A stretch of DNA of 57,203 bases from Planctomycetota bacterium (GCA_031426335.1 JANPLC010000169.1:1-57203); one strand, 5' to 3'. Positions 27,927-40,031 are shown, numbered from the stretch's first letter. The notes: generated by a model not told the origin, from the letters alone. Numbers and translations are program-made.

Positions 27927-29846
27927 ATGCTCCGACCGTTGCTCGCCTTGCTGGTTTGTTCCTCGCTTGCCACGACCGCTGAAGGCTGGCCGAGCATCGC
28001 GCGCAAACTGCCGCCGGTGGGCAAGGAGATCCCCGCTGCCGACCTGACGCGCCTACGCAGCGCGGTGGATGAGCTGAACGCGGCCTTGGCGAATCAGAAC
28101 GCCCCCCTCACGCCCGACGTGGCGCTCTTCACCAAGGCGGTGGATCTCGCGCTGCGGCACCGTGAGTTCTATGATCTCGCGAAGGACCTGCCGAAAGCCG
28201 ACTGGGCGCTGACGCAAGCGCGGGAACGTCTCGACAAACTGAAGAGTGCACCGTGGACCACCCAGCGTGGTGCGGTGGTACGCGGCTATATGTCGTCGAT
28301 CGACGATTCGGTGCAGCCCTACGGTCTGATCATCCCCGACAAACTCGACGCTGGCAAACCGTGCCCGCTCTATGTCTGGCTGCACGGCCGCGGCGACAAC
28401 GACACCGATCTGCATTTCATCAAGGGCCGCGCCGGCGGTGGCAGCGAGATCAAACCTGCGGACGGCATCGTGTTACACGTCTTCGGTCGCCAATGCGTCG
28501 GCTTCAAGAGTGCCGGTGAGATCGATGTGCTGGAGGCGATCACCCACGTGCAATCGCAATACAAGATCGATCCGGATCGCGTGGCGCTGATGGGATTTTC
28601 GATGGGCGGCGCTGGCGCGAAACACCTGGGTGCGCACTACGCCGACTACTGGGCGGTGATGCATGCTGGCGCGGGTTTCGCGGAGACGCGGCGTTACCTC
28701 AACCTCAAGATCGAAGAGACCCCGACGTGGGAGGCGACGCTGTGGGGCCTCTACGATTCGCCGGACTACGTGCGCAATCTCTTCAATATCCCGGTGATCG
28801 CCTACAGCGGTGACGAAGATACGCAGATGAAGGCCGGCATCATCCTAGGCGAAGCCTACGAGGCCCACGGCAAGAAGCTGGAACACCTCATCGCGCCGAA
28901 GACGGGGCACAAATACCATCCCGACTACCTCAAGCAGGTGATGGCCTTCACCACCGCGGCCCTGGCCAAAGGTCGCAACACCATGCCGGAGCAGGTCTAC
29001 TTCCAGACCAAGACCTTGCGCTACGCCAGGCAGTATTGGGTCGAAGCGCTTGGCCTCGGCGAACACTGGAAAGATGCGTGCGTCGACGCCCAGGCGGATG
29101 CCAAGGGCGTCACCGCCACCACCAGCAACATCACGCGTCTGCGCCTGACGTGGCCCAAGTTGAAGAGCGGCAGCAGCGTGACCCTTGATGGCCAAGCGCT
29201 AAAGGTCGGTGCCAGTAAAGGCGGCGCAGTGTTCGAACGCAGTGGCGAGACCTGGGCGTTGGCCAAGGACGAAACGCCCACCGGCCTGCACAAAACACCG
29301 GGATTACAGGGCCCGATCGACGACGCCTTCATGAGCCGGTTCCTGATCGTCCTGCCGTCCAAACCCTGCGCCGATGCCGCAGTCGACAGCTGGGTGAAAA
29401 ACGAAAGCGCGCACCAACGCACGCGCTGGTCAGCGCTGATGCGCGGTGAAGCGCGCGTAAAACAGGACAGCGAGGTCACTGCCGAAGACATCGCCTCCTC
29501 CAACTTGATCCTGTGGGGCGATGCGACGGCCAACAGCGTGACCGCCAAAGTGCTGGGTAAATTGCCGGTGCAGTGGGATGGCGCATCGGTCACGGTAGGC
29601 ACGAAGAAATTCGACGGCGCTCATAATGTGCCCGCGTGCATCTATCCGAATCCGCTCAACCCGACGAAATACGTCTTGCTCAACAGCGGGCTGACGTTCC
29701 GTGAAGCGCACGACAAGACCAACTCGCAGCAGAATCCCAAACTACCGGATTGGGCCGTCATCGACATCCGTACGCCAGCGAGCGACACGGCACCGGGCAA
29801 GATTGTGGACGCAGGGTTCTTTGATGAGCGGTGGGCGGTGAAGTGA
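27927..29846 (+). CDS. Secreted alpha/beta hydrolase (S9/esterase-like)
   Basis: Signal peptide MLRPLLALL, DDSVQPYGL, WLHGRG, GFSMGG nucleophile elbow, TGHKY; AGGA RBS. Confidence 0.8.
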   Translation: MLRPLLALLVCSSLATTAEGWPSIARKLPPVGKEIPAADLTRLRSAVDELNAALANQNAPLTPDVALFTKAVDLALRHREFYDLAKDLPKADWALTQARERLDKLKSAPWTTQRGAVVRGYMSSIDDSVQPYGLIIPDKLDAGKPCPLYVWLHGRGDNDTDLHFIKGRAGGGSEIKPADGIVLHVFGRQCVGFKSAGEIDVLEAITHVQSQYKIDPDRVALMGFSMGGAGAKHLGAHYADYWAVMHAGAGFAETRRYLNLKIEETPTWEATLWGLYDSPDYVRNLFNIPVIAYSGDEDTQMKAGIILGEAYEAHGKKLEHLIAPKTGHKYHPDYLKQVMAFTTAALAKGRNTMPEQVYFQTKTLRYARQYWVEALGLGEHWKDACVDAQADAKGVTATTSNITRLRLTWPKLKSGSSVTLDGQALKVGASKGGAVFERSGETWALAKDETPTGLHKTPGLQGPIDDAFMSRFLIVLPSKPCADAAVDSWVKNESAHQRTRWSALMRGEARVKQDSEVTAEDIASSNLILWGDATANSVTAKVLGKLPVQWDGASVTVGTKKFDGAHNVPACIYPNPLNPTKYVLLNSGLTFREAHDKTNSQQNPKLPDWAVIDIRTPASDTAPGKIVDAGFFDERWAVK

Positions 29847-29873
29847 GGTCGAGCCGCGCAGCGGCGCGGCCCG

Positions 29874-30296
29874 TCACTTCGCGCGGCGGATCTCCAGCCG
29901 GATGGTCACCTCGTTGCGACCGTTCATCTCCATGATCTCCGGGCGTACAAACACGTCATCCCGGTGTCCGATCTCGAAGGCCGCATCGGCAATGACGCGG
30001 GTGCGAATGTCTTGGCACAACTCGTTGATCGACTTCACCCAGTCGGTGGCGTTCCAATCGACACTTGTCCTGCCGGTCGTGCATATCCGGCTCAAACGGA
30101 CATCGATGTTGATCTGATGCTCGATCTGCCGGCTGATCGCTTCCAGGATGGTCACAAACGGCAAGTCTTTCATATGAATGCGTAAACGTGAGGCATTTTC
30201 CCCATAGTTTCCCGGTTCGACGGCGACCAGGCAGGAGCATCCCGCCAGCAGCACGATGATTGGGAATTGCGTGATGGACGTTGGTCGCATGGTCAT
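29874..30296 (-). CDS. Small exported protein with an STN/secretin-N0-like pattern
   Basis: Hydrophobic N-terminus with LAGC; IHMKDLPFVTILEAISRQIEHQINID...W pattern; ATGA overlap with the upstream gene. Confidence 0.55.
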   Translation of the reverse strand: MTMRPTSITQFPIIVLLAGCSCLVAVEPGNYGENASRLRIHMKDLPFVTILEAISRQIEHQINIDVRLSRICTTGRTSVDWNATDWVKSINELCQDIRTRVIADAAFEIGHRDDVFVRPEIMEMNGRNEVTIRLEIRRAK

Positions 30297-30652
30297 TTCG
30301 CCTTTTTCACTGCGCGCCGCGCCAGGAGCACGCGCTTGCCCGCGTTCTCAATGATTTCGTAGGCAACCACCACTTGGTCACCGGAATCGAGGGCGATGGA
30401 TTCGCGTTTGGTCACCAACCGGCCGATCTCGGCACAGACACCGGACCACAGTTCATCGTAGGTTATTGCCTTTCCCTGCAGGGTCAGGCGCAAACCGGCA
30501 ACGGATTCCGCCAGGGCGGGATCAAGGTAGAGTTCCACGCCCATCTGCCGGGCGGTGCCCTCCAGGGCAACCATCGCATTGGCATCCTGGTAATGGTACT
30601 CGACCGCGGACAACGGAGCGATGAACGCCAACAGTGGAATGAGCAACCGCAT
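30293..30652 (-). CDS. Small exported protein with an STN/secretin-N0-like pattern
   Basis: Signal peptide MRLLIPLLAFIAPLSA; YQDANAMVALEGTARQMGVELYLDP...LTLQ; GGAGG RBS before 30652. Confidence 0.6.
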   Translation of the reverse strand: MRLLIPLLAFIAPLSAVEYHYQDANAMVALEGTARQMGVELYLDPALAESVAGLRLTLQGKAITYDELWSGVCAEIGRLVTKRESIALDSGDQVVVAYEIIENAGKRVLLARRAVKKAK

Positions 30653-30769
30653 GGATCCTCCTGGCTTTGTCGGGCACCATGCCCCCGAACAACCGCGGAC
30701 ACAATCAGCGAACCCCTCCACCGTGGAGACCGTTTGGCTTCCGTCGCACGCGCCGAACAATACGCCACC

Positions 30770-31285
30770 ATGACCACCCCCCTGCGCGACATCCGCGGCA
30801 CGCTCATCCTCGCCGATCAGGTGTATCGCACCGACACGGGTAAATGGATCATCGCGGGAACCTATACCCATTGGCAGACGCCGAACGACGAACTGGTGCT
30901 GCATTCCATCCAGGCCTATATCCGGCTGCAGGTCGAGCAGCCGGGGACCTATCCGATGAAGTTGACGATGATGGATCGCGGTGCGGCTCCGAATGCGCGG
31001 CCGATGTTGGAAGCCCAGGCCGAGATCGTCATCAATGAAACTCAAGTGCCGGTGTTCGAGATGGCCCTGCATCTGCCGGAACTGCGCATCCCAGCGCCGA
31101 TCCCGGCGAAGGATCGTCAGGTGGGTTCGGTGCTGGCGATCCGCACGCTGTTGTGGTTGACGGTCAGCGGCATCGACGTGGCGTCCTGCCACTTGGATTT
31201 TCATTTCACCAAACCGCCGGCTACACCAGGGCCGCACGCAGCCGGACCCCAACCGTTTCAGCCGCCGGGACCTCAGCCGTCGTAG
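30770..31285 (+). CDS. Hypothetical protein, DUF6941-like
   Basis: LILADQVYRTDTGKWIIAGTY N-terminal pattern; beta-rich; Pro-rich tail. Confidence 0.6.
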   Translation: MTTPLRDIRGTLILADQVYRTDTGKWIIAGTYTHWQTPNDELVLHSIQAYIRLQVEQPGTYPMKLTMMDRGAAPNARPMLEAQAEIVINETQVPVFEMALHLPELRIPAPIPAKDRQVGSVLAIRTLLWLTVSGIDVASCHLDFHFTKPPATPGPHAAGPQPFQPPGPQPS

Positions 31286-31587
31286 GTGATGGTGACGAAG
31301 CGGTCGAGGTAGAATTGTTTCAGCTGACTGACGACGAATGAATTGGCCCGGCGGATCACCAGACTCGACAGGCGACCGGCCTGGACGAGGTGGAAGAGCC
31401 AGGCGACCAGCAGCGAGTTGACCGAGTTCAGCTGGGCGAAGTCGAGTTCGACCGTGCCCTTCATATCCTGGATCCAGGTGTAGCTCTGCTGCGTGATCAG
31501 GCCCTCATGCTGACCCGCATCCCGATGGATGGTGATCAACACGCGGTCGCCATGACGGATGATGGTAAAGGGCAGTTCTGGTGACAT
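31273..31587 (-). CDS. Stand-alone STAS-like domain protein
   Basis: VELDFAQLNSVNSLLVAWL...RANSFVVSQLKQFYLDRFVTI fits the STAS pattern; about 104 aa; start uncertain. Confidence 0.65.
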   Translation of the reverse strand: MSPELPFTIIRHGDRVLITIHRDAGQHEGLITQQSYTWIQDMKGTVELDFAQLNSVNSLLVAWLFHLVQAGRLSSLVIRRANSFVVSQLKQFYLDRFVTITYDG

Positions 31588-31741
31588 GGCCGGGAAGGCT
31601 ACCATGGAAGCGCCGCCACCGCCACCGGGTACCGGTCGGGGAGACGAAACATCTGAGGCGAGTCTTCTGGTAGTGGCGCAAAGCGGCCGAGGGCGGGCGG
31701 GCTCCCGGCGGACGCATCAGCGATTAACTCCACTGGAAACG

Positions 31742-31771
31742 CCAGACGCCGACCTTGCGGCCGGCGTCTGG
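31742..31771 (-). terminator. Hairpin downstream of rpoD
   Basis: ccagacgccg...cggcgtctgg 10-bp stem about 26 nt after the rpoD stop; weak U tract. Confidence 0.55.
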
Positions 31772-31797
31772 TGACAGCCATCATCTGACGACTGCGC

Positions 31798-33552
<1,755 letters not shown>

Positions 33553-33781
33553 GGGATCTCTCAGGGTCACCATCCAGCCAAGGGCCGGACGGGGGTTTCA
33601 ACGGGGGAGGCGGAGTCTAGTAGCAGAACCGGGCTGACAATGACCGGCCTGCCCCAGGTCTCTGCTGCTGGTTTACGCAACCAAGGCAGGGTCCGGGGCG
33701 GAACGGACCTCGTCAGAAAGGTTCGTCAGCACAAGAACGGGGTCGATCCGGGACGATGACAACCCCCTCTATATTAACACG

Positions 33782-35014
33782 TCAATTGGGGCCCTGGCGG
33801 AGTTGCCAAGGCACCCCGGCTTCCACAGCCCAGTCGACCACCACGAGGCGGCCATCCAGGCGCAGGGTTCCGTCATCGGGCAGGACGGGCAGGGACAAGC
33901 CCATAACTTTGGCCTCGTCCAGTGTCGTTGGCCAGTGGCCCTGTTTTTGCGCCAATTCGAGCAAACTGACGTTCACTCGCCCCAGGCGTCGCTCATAGGA
34001 CGCATGCACCTGGCCGGAGCTGACCACCCGACCGTGCCGCAAGCGCCACGGACGGCCGTACGGATCGCTGCGGAGGGTGAGCTTACCGTCAACGACGGTG
34101 AGTGGCCCGTAGGTCGGCAAGCCGTTGGGGTACCGCCGGCGCACCAGGCGGGGGTCAAGCAGGTCACCCAGCGATGCCAGGTCGGGGCCCTCTTCGACCA
34201 CCAGCTGCAGCGGGTTGAGCAAGGCCAGGTTCTCCACCAGTTCGGCCCGGTCCCGTGGCACCCCCCCTCGGGAGATGCGCCAGCTCGCTGCCAAGGCGTT
34301 CAGCTCGTGAGTGCCGAAACGCGCCAGCAGATCGCGGATGGTGCCTTCGACGTAGTCGCCATTCGGGGTTCCCGCCGAAGTGACGCGCAACTGGTCGAGC
34401 CAGTAGGGCAACTGCTCCAGGCCAGTGAAGGCGCGCGAGCCGAAGCCGCGCTTCCAGTCCCACACCATGCGCTTGGCTTCGGGCAGATCCTCCGCCGCTT
34501 CCCATTGGGCAAGGAAAGCATCGAACAGCAGGGGCTGTTTGGTGTCCCAGTGAAAGAATATCTTAAGGGTGGTGGCGACGTTGCGCCACAGCTCACGCGA
34601 CTGCGGCAGTTCCTGCGTCCCGCGCAGCAGGAAGGCCAAGGCGACGCCGTGCTGATCCAACACCCCCGAAATGTTCATCGCCGCATGTTCATAGAACGGC
34701 TGGAATTTCGGGTCGAGCTCGATGAGGGTCTCGTAGAGCCGTTTGAAACCCGTGCCGCCGCCCGCCACCGTGTCGTCTTTACGGTCGAGCTGGTACTGGA
34801 AGTAGGCAAACGAGTCCACCCAGCGCAGCTTGGCCAGGGTGTTGGTATGGCCGAGCGCCAACACGCGCGCGGTCTCTGGCGCTGGCAAGAAGTCGAGATC
34901 CTTTGCACGGATCACTGGCTTGGCGGTGAGAAAGCGGCTGCTGTTCCAGCCGATCAACGCAACGGCGCCAACGAGCATCACCAGTGCGAGCCCGTAACCA
35001 CGCCAAGCGCTCAC
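33782..35014 (-). CDS. Membrane-anchored protein resembling pilus-associated ABC accessory proteins (Myxococcus PilG / Geobacter XapA type)
   Basis: N-terminal TM; FLP.P...LALGH...AKLRW...Y, LYETLIELDPKF..FY and AFLLRG patterns; late DPYG; GTGA overlap with the permease stop. Confidence 0.55.
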   Translation of the reverse strand: MSAWRGYGLALVMLVGAVALIGWNSSRFLTAKPVIRAKDLDFLPAPETARVLALGHTNTLAKLRWVDSFAYFQYQLDRKDDTVAGGGTGFKRLYETLIELDPKFQPFYEHAAMNISGVLDQHGVALAFLLRGTQELPQSRELWRNVATTLKIFFHWDTKQPLLFDAFLAQWEAAEDLPEAKRMVWDWKRGFGSRAFTGLEQLPYWLDQLRVTSAGTPNGDYVEGTIRDLLARFGTHELNALAASWRISRGGVPRDRAELVENLALLNPLQLVVEEGPDLASLGDLLDPRLVRRRYPNGLPTYGPLTVVDGKLTLRSDPYGRPWRLRHGRVVSSGQVHASYERRLGRVNVSLLELAQKQGHWPTTLDEAKVMGLSLPVLPDDGTLRLDGRLVVVDWAVEAGVPWQLRQGPN

Positions 35015-35766
35015 AGCTGTTTCCGCCTGATCACCGCCACCGTGATCACCACCAGCAACGCACACCACAGACCACCGTAAGCCAAACGCATCAGCAGATC
35101 ATCCAGCGTGATTGGCGTCCGGTAGACTGCCTCATTGCGGTAAGCGAATTGCCCGAGGTCTGGCACCAAGCTGGCCAGCACGATGGCGATGGTCTGCTGC
35201 GTACCCTTGAGGTGATGCACCAGCCCAGGCAGGGAATGCACCGCATGTCCGAGCGCGTAGGTCGCCAAACCTAGGACTGCGGCCAACAGGGGCGATGACA
35301 ACGCGGTCCAGCACAAGCTGACCGCTGCCATCACCAGCACCTCGACGATGGTCAGCAGGCCGGCGATCAGCAACCAATGGTGCACCGGCGCGCCGGTCGC
35401 GGCGAGGTAGATCAACCCGATGATCAGCATCGCCATCTGACCTGCCGCCAGGGCGAGGCAGAGGCCAAGGTACTTGCCGAGCACGAACTGCCAACGTGGC
35501 AAGGGGCGTGACAGCACGGTATACAGCGTCTTTTGCTGAATCTCGACATGGACGAGCGCAGTGCCGGTCGCCACCGCCACCAGCACACCCATGATCGATT
35601 GCAGGCTGAACACCACATCGGTGGTGATGACGTTACCGTCGGTAGCACTGATCCAGCCGACGATGCGCGACAGCAACACGCCAAGCAGATAGACCGCCAA
35701 CAGGAGCAGGAACGTCCGCGAGCGCACCGCTTCGCGGCACGTCGCCCAGGCGATGACAGCGATCAT
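35011..35766 (-). CDS. ABC-2 type permease (PilI-like)
   Basis: IAWATCREAVRSR, EIQQKTLYTVLSRPLPRWQFVLGKYLG, six hydrophobic segments; start at 35766 lies downstream of the repeat. Confidence 0.88.
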   Translation of the reverse strand: MIAVIAWATCREAVRSRTFLLLLAVYLLGVLLSRIVGWISATDGNVITTDVVFSLQSIMGVLVAVATGTALVHVEIQQKTLYTVLSRPLPRWQFVLGKYLGLCLALAAGQMAMLIIGLIYLAATGAPVHHWLLIAGLLTIVEVLVMAAVSLCWTALSSPLLAAVLGLATYALGHAVHSLPGLVHHLKGTQQTIAIVLASLVPDLGQFAYRNEAVYRTPITLDDLLMRLAYGGLWCALLVVITVAVIRRKQL

Positions 35767-35795
35767 AGTACCACTCCAACGGACAACCGACAGCC

Positions 35796-35899
35796 AACCG
35801 CAGAGACGCAGAGGTAAGCGGAGGGCCGCAGAGCCAAACCAGATTGCCGGAACCACGATGTTCTCTGCGGCCCTCTGCGGAGCTCTGCGTCTCTGCGGT
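35796..35899. repeat. REP-like long inverted repeat, family A, copy 2 (ABC ATPase-permease spacer)
   Basis: aaccgcagagacgcagag...gagggccgcagag pairs with ctctgcggccctc...ctctgcgtctctgcggt; homologous to 11179-11308. Confidence 0.8.
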
Positions 35900-35914
35900 A
35901 AACCGAACTCCCCC

Positions 35915-36844
35915 TCATGCCGCCCCCGTACCATCAAGGCGTTTACCGGCCGCATGGAACGCCTTCACCCGCGCGACGAAGTAGTCCTCCAGGCCGATGC
36001 GGTTGCGCTCCAAGCGCAGGATCTGCGCGCCAGCGGGTAGCGCGGCGAGGTTCTTTTCGCGCTCGGCCTCAGGGAACTGCCAGCGCCAGGTGCCGTCGTG
36101 GTTGCCCATCGCCGCGGCTGGCATCGTCCCGCTGCCGGTCAGCACCAACGGCGCCTGCTTCACCAGATCTTCCAGACGGCCCTGCTCCAACACCACGCCG
36201 TGATCGATCACGCCGTAATGGTCGCAGAGGTCTTCAACATCCGACAGGATATGGGTACTGAAGCAGAGCGTCGCACCACGTTTGCGTTCGAGCGCCATGA
36301 CCTCTCGGAAGCGCGCGCGCCACAGCGGATCGAGGCCAGAGAACGGTTCATCGAGCACGAGCAGATCCGGCTGATGGATGATCGCCTGGGCTAGACCAAA
36401 GCGTTGGCGCATGCCCTTGGAAAAACTCCCGAGCATGCGTTTTTTCAGGTCCGCCAAATCGAGCAACTGGCAGACCCGGTCGATGGCTGCCGGGATCGCC
36501 GCCGGCGCCAAGCCGGACAAACGCGCCATGTAGGCAAGGTACTCGCCCACCGCGAGGTTGTCATAGAAGTACGGATGCTCCGGCAGGTACCCGATGCTGG
36601 CGCGCAGACGGTGATCACCGAGCGGCTGGCCAAACAGGCGGATGTCGCCCTGATGGCCGTGCAACAAGCCCATCACCAGCTTGATGCTGGTCGACTTGCC
36701 AGCGCCGTTCGCACCCAAAAAGCCAAAGGCCGAGCCCCGCGGCACCGTGAGGTCAACCTGTTTCAGCGCGTGCACCCGTTGCAGCCAATCGCCACGGTAG
36801 GTGAACGAAACGTTGGAGAAACTGAGGATCGCGTCGGCGCTCAT
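35915..36844 (-). CDS. ABC transporter ATP-binding protein (PilH-like)
   Basis: GANGAGKST, GYLPEHPYFY, FSKGMRQRFGLAQA, LDEPFSGLDP, STHILSDVE. Confidence 0.93.
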   Translation of the reverse strand: MSADAILSFSNVSFTYRGDWLQRVHALKQVDLTVPRGSAFGFLGANGAGKSTSIKLVMGLLHGHQGDIRLFGQPLGDHRLRASIGYLPEHPYFYDNLAVGEYLAYMARLSGLAPAAIPAAIDRVCQLLDLADLKKRMLGSFSKGMRQRFGLAQAIIHQPDLLVLDEPFSGLDPLWRARFREVMALERKRGATLCFSTHILSDVEDLCDHYGVIDHGVVLEQGRLEDLVKQAPLVLTGSGTMPAAAMGNHDGTWRWQFPEAEREKNLAALPAGAQILRLERNRIGLEDYFVARVKAFHAAGKRLDGTGAA

Positions 36845-36940
36845 AGGCGTTCGATCTGTCCTGCGGGGGACGAGGTTTGAGGCCGAACCTTGCCTGCCAC
36901 CCAGGCGCTGTCCAGCACGCCGCCGATCGGCAACCCAGGT

Positions 36941-37642
36941 TCAGCGACCGTCGGCGCGTCCGGTATCGACGTTGTTCGCCGCCTGACGACGCATGCGCCG
37001 CCAGCGTAACCCCCCACCGATGACCATCGGCAGGATCGAGATGATGATGACTCCCAGGACGATGGTCTCCAGGTTACGCTGCACGAACGGGATCTGCCCC
37101 ATCCAATAGCCCACCGCCATCAGCACGGGTACCCACAACAGCGCGCCAATGACATTCCACAGGGTGTATACCGCAAAGCGCATCCGCGATACACCTGCGA
37201 CAAACGGCACGAAGGTGCGGGCGATCGGCACATAGCGCGTCAGCACCAGCGATACGGCGCCCCACTTCTCATAGAAGGCGTGCGCCTCTTCCAGGTAGCG
37301 GCGTTTGATGAACCGGCCATCCGGACGATCCCAGACCGTCTGCCCAGCCCAACGTCCCAACCAGTAGTTGACCGTGTTGCCGAGGATCGCTGCCACCACC
37401 AGACAGACGGTCGTGAGGAAGAAATCGAGTGGCGGCGGCGTGGCGGGATCCAGCAGGTTCACCGAACACAGGGCTCCGGCGAGGAACAGCAGGCTGTCAC
37501 CCGGCAGGAAGAATCCGACCAGCAAGCCGGTTTCGGAGAACACGATGGCCATCAACAATACGACGCCGCCCGAGACGATGAGGTGCTTGAGCGCCTCGGG
37601 ATCGTGGAGTTGACTCAGCCAAGCCATGATGCTTTCGAACAT
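36941..37642 (-). CDS. dedA: DedA family membrane protein
   Basis: FSETGLLVGFFLPGDSLLF, GNTVNYWLGR, RYVPIARTFVPFVAG. Confidence 0.93.
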   Translation of the reverse strand: MFESIMAWLSQLHDPEALKHLIVSGGVVLLMAIVFSETGLLVGFFLPGDSLLFLAGALCSVNLLDPATPPPLDFFLTTVCLVVAAILGNTVNYWLGRWAGQTVWDRPDGRFIKRRYLEEAHAFYEKWGAVSLVLTRYVPIARTFVPFVAGVSRMRFAVYTLWNVIGALLWVPVLMAVGYWMGQIPFVQRNLETIVLGVIIISILPMVIGGGLRWRRMRRQAANNVDTGRADGR

Positions 37643-37844
37643 GCGGCGAAGGGCTTACGCCACTGACTGCGTGGCACCAGTGCGAATCCGTTGAACATCT
37701 GCGGGAGGCTGCGAGTTCGCTGCGCTCACGACGGCGAGCTGCGCGCGAGAAGAGATCGCATGAAGATTCCTGGGGCTTTGCGCAAAGCTCGTAGCCGCGC
37801 GGCCGTCAGACCAAGCTCGCAGCGCGAAGCTTGTCGCGCAAAGC

Positions 37845-38627
37845 TCAACGCCCAATCCGCTCCGCGAGATGTTCCTTGATGTACTGATAACTCGCACGGA
37901 TCGAGTCGAACGGATCACCTGGGCAAATGTCCTGCTCGACGATGAACCATTCGCAGCCTGATTTTTCCGCGGCTGGGATGATTGCCTGCCAGTTGAGGTT
38001 GCCGGCGCCGACTTCCATCATGACGCCGGTCTTGTTGTCCTTGCTGACACCAAAGTCTTTCATGTGGATCATGGGAAGACGGCGTTTGAGTTTGCGGCAC
38101 CACTCCGCCGGATCGCCGCCGCCGGCCTGAATCCAGTAGGTGTCGATGGTGGCCTGGAGGTTCTGTTTGTTGGTGTGCTCGAAAAACAGGTCGAGCATGG
38201 TCTTGCCATCAAACTTCCGCAGTTCGATCGCGTGGTTGTGGTAGGTCAGCACCTGACCGGCCTTGCGCAGCGCCTTGCCCGCTTTGTCCAAATCAGCCGC
38301 CAGGGCGAGCACTTCTTCGACGGTGGTGAGCGGCACGTGGGGATGCGGATAAGCCGTATAGGTCGCGCCGAGCCGTCCCAAACGATCAATGATCTTTTGC
38401 GTCTCTTCGACGATGACTTTGCCGCTCTCGTGCGTGGCGCAGATGCGCAAGCCTTCGCCGCGACAGATGCTCACCAGTTCACGATCCTCGATCGGACCAA
38501 CGCCACTGACCTGCACGGCCTCGTATCCGGCAGCGCGGATCTTGCGCGCCGTGACCGCGAAGTCGGACGGCGTCTTGGTGAAGTCACGCAGGGTGTAGAG
38601 TTGGAGCGCGACTTGGTGCAGTTTCAT
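37845..38627 (-). CDS. Sugar phosphate isomerase/epimerase (xylose-isomerase-like TIM barrel)
   Basis: LQLYTLR, YHNH, DTYW, IHMKD, EVGAGNLNW and IVEQD motifs. Confidence 0.9.
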   Translation of the reverse strand: MKLHQVALQLYTLRDFTKTPSDFAVTARKIRAAGYEAVQVSGVGPIEDRELVSICRGEGLRICATHESGKVIVEETQKIIDRLGRLGATYTAYPHPHVPLTTVEEVLALAADLDKAGKALRKAGQVLTYHNHAIELRKFDGKTMLDLFFEHTNKQNLQATIDTYWIQAGGGDPAEWCRKLKRRLPMIHMKDFGVSKDNKTGVMMEVGAGNLNWQAIIPAAEKSGCEWFIVEQDICPGDPFDSIRASYQYIKEHLAERIGR

Positions 38628-38707
38628 GGGTGGTGGTGTACTCCGACGCGGCGGTACTCAACCGATGGGTCGTCTGCCCCAGGTGGACCGTGCGGCGTGC
38701 GATCCCA

Positions 38708-39886
38708 TCAGCGCGTGTGCGACTTGGCGAAGTCATCCGCGCTGGCAGCTTTGGTGCTGACCTTCTTCTCGAAACGCGACTCGGCGATGAGTTTCTGCAG
38801 GGCTTTTTCGTAGGCCACGCCGTCGAGCGGCAGTTTCACCGTCGCGTCGGTCAGAGTCGAATAGATGCAGGCGTTGGCCAGCTCCACGGAATGAACGCCT
38901 TCGATTGCCGGGGCGATCAGGGCTTTGCCGTCGAGCACCGCGTCGACGAAGTTCTGCAAGATGGCGATGTGCTGGCCGCCGCTGCCCTCGACCGGGATCT
39001 CGACGTTCCACACGTCGGGACGGCCGAAGCTCTGGTCGGTGGTCTTGCTAAATTCCGTCATCGCCTGGACGTTGCGCGTCCACTGGATCTTGCCGTTCTC
39101 AACGACGATACGGCCGCGTTCGGCGGCGATCTCCAGGCGGTTGGTCCCTGGGGCTTCGCCGGTGGTGGTGACGAACACGCCGGTCGCGCCGTTGGCGAAC
39201 TCCAGGTACGCGGTGACCGCGTCCTCGGTCTCGATGTTGTGCCACTTGCCGAACTGGCAGAACGCGCGCACGGCGGTGGGCATGCCGCACAGCCACACCA
39301 ACAGATCGAGGTTATGCGGGCATTGGTTGACCAACACGCCGCCGCCTTCGCCCTTCCAAGTCGCACGCCAGCCGCCGCTGGCGTAATACGCTTCGGTGCG
39401 GAACCAATCAGTGACGATCCAGTTGACGCGACGGATCTCGCCGAGTTCGCCATTCACGATCAACTCACGCACCTTGGCGTAGTGCGGATCGGTGCGCTGA
39501 TTGAACATCGCGCCGAAGACTTGCTCCTGCTTGGGGCGCGCATGATAAGCGGCGATCAGGCGGTCGCAGTCAGCCTTGTGCACCGAAAGCGGTTTTTCCA
39601 CCAGCACGTGCAGACCAGTGGCGAGCGCGGCGCTGCCGAGCGTGGTGTGATCGAAGTGCGGCGTAGCGATGACCACCGCGTCGACTTCGCCAGAGGCGAT
39701 GAGTTCTTTGCCGGTCTTGAAAGCCTTGGCCTTCGGGAAGCGACCAGTGCGTGCCGCGTCGCCGTCCGCAACTGCGGTGACCGTGGCGCGGGTGACCTTC
39801 CCGTCAGTAATCGCGGTCACATGACCGGATCCCATGTTGCCGATACCGACGACACCGATGCGCAGGTTCTTATCGGGAGTGGTCAT
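38708..39886 (-). CDS. Gfo/Idh/MocA family NAD(P)-dependent oxidoreductase
   Basis: GVVGIGNMG, IATPHFDH, HVLVEKP, WRATWKGEGGGVLVNQCPHNLD. Confidence 0.93.
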   Translation of the reverse strand: MTTPDKNLRIGVVGIGNMGSGHVTAITDGKVTRATVTAVADGDAARTGRFPKAKAFKTGKELIASGEVDAVVIATPHFDHTTLGSAALATGLHVLVEKPLSVHKADCDRLIAAYHARPKQEQVFGAMFNQRTDPHYAKVRELIVNGELGEIRRVNWIVTDWFRTEAYYASGGWRATWKGEGGGVLVNQCPHNLDLLVWLCGMPTAVRAFCQFGKWHNIETEDAVTAYLEFANGATGVFVTTTGEAPGTNRLEIAAERGRIVVENGKIQWTRNVQAMTEFSKTTDQSFGRPDVWNVEIPVEGSGGQHIAILQNFVDAVLDGKALIAPAIEGVHSVELANACIYSTLTDATVKLPLDGVAYEKALQKLIAESRFEKKVSTKAASADDFAKSHTR

Positions 39887-40031
39887 AGTCGGATTCCTTC
39901 GCGAGAAACTGGGGCGGACGGACGAGCCAGCCTACCATCTGGGGGCCTGCGATGCTAGCCGGGGACGATCCGATAGGTTCGCATTCCGATCGCAAGGATG
40001 CGAGAAAGACTGCGATTCTCGCCAGGATCGT

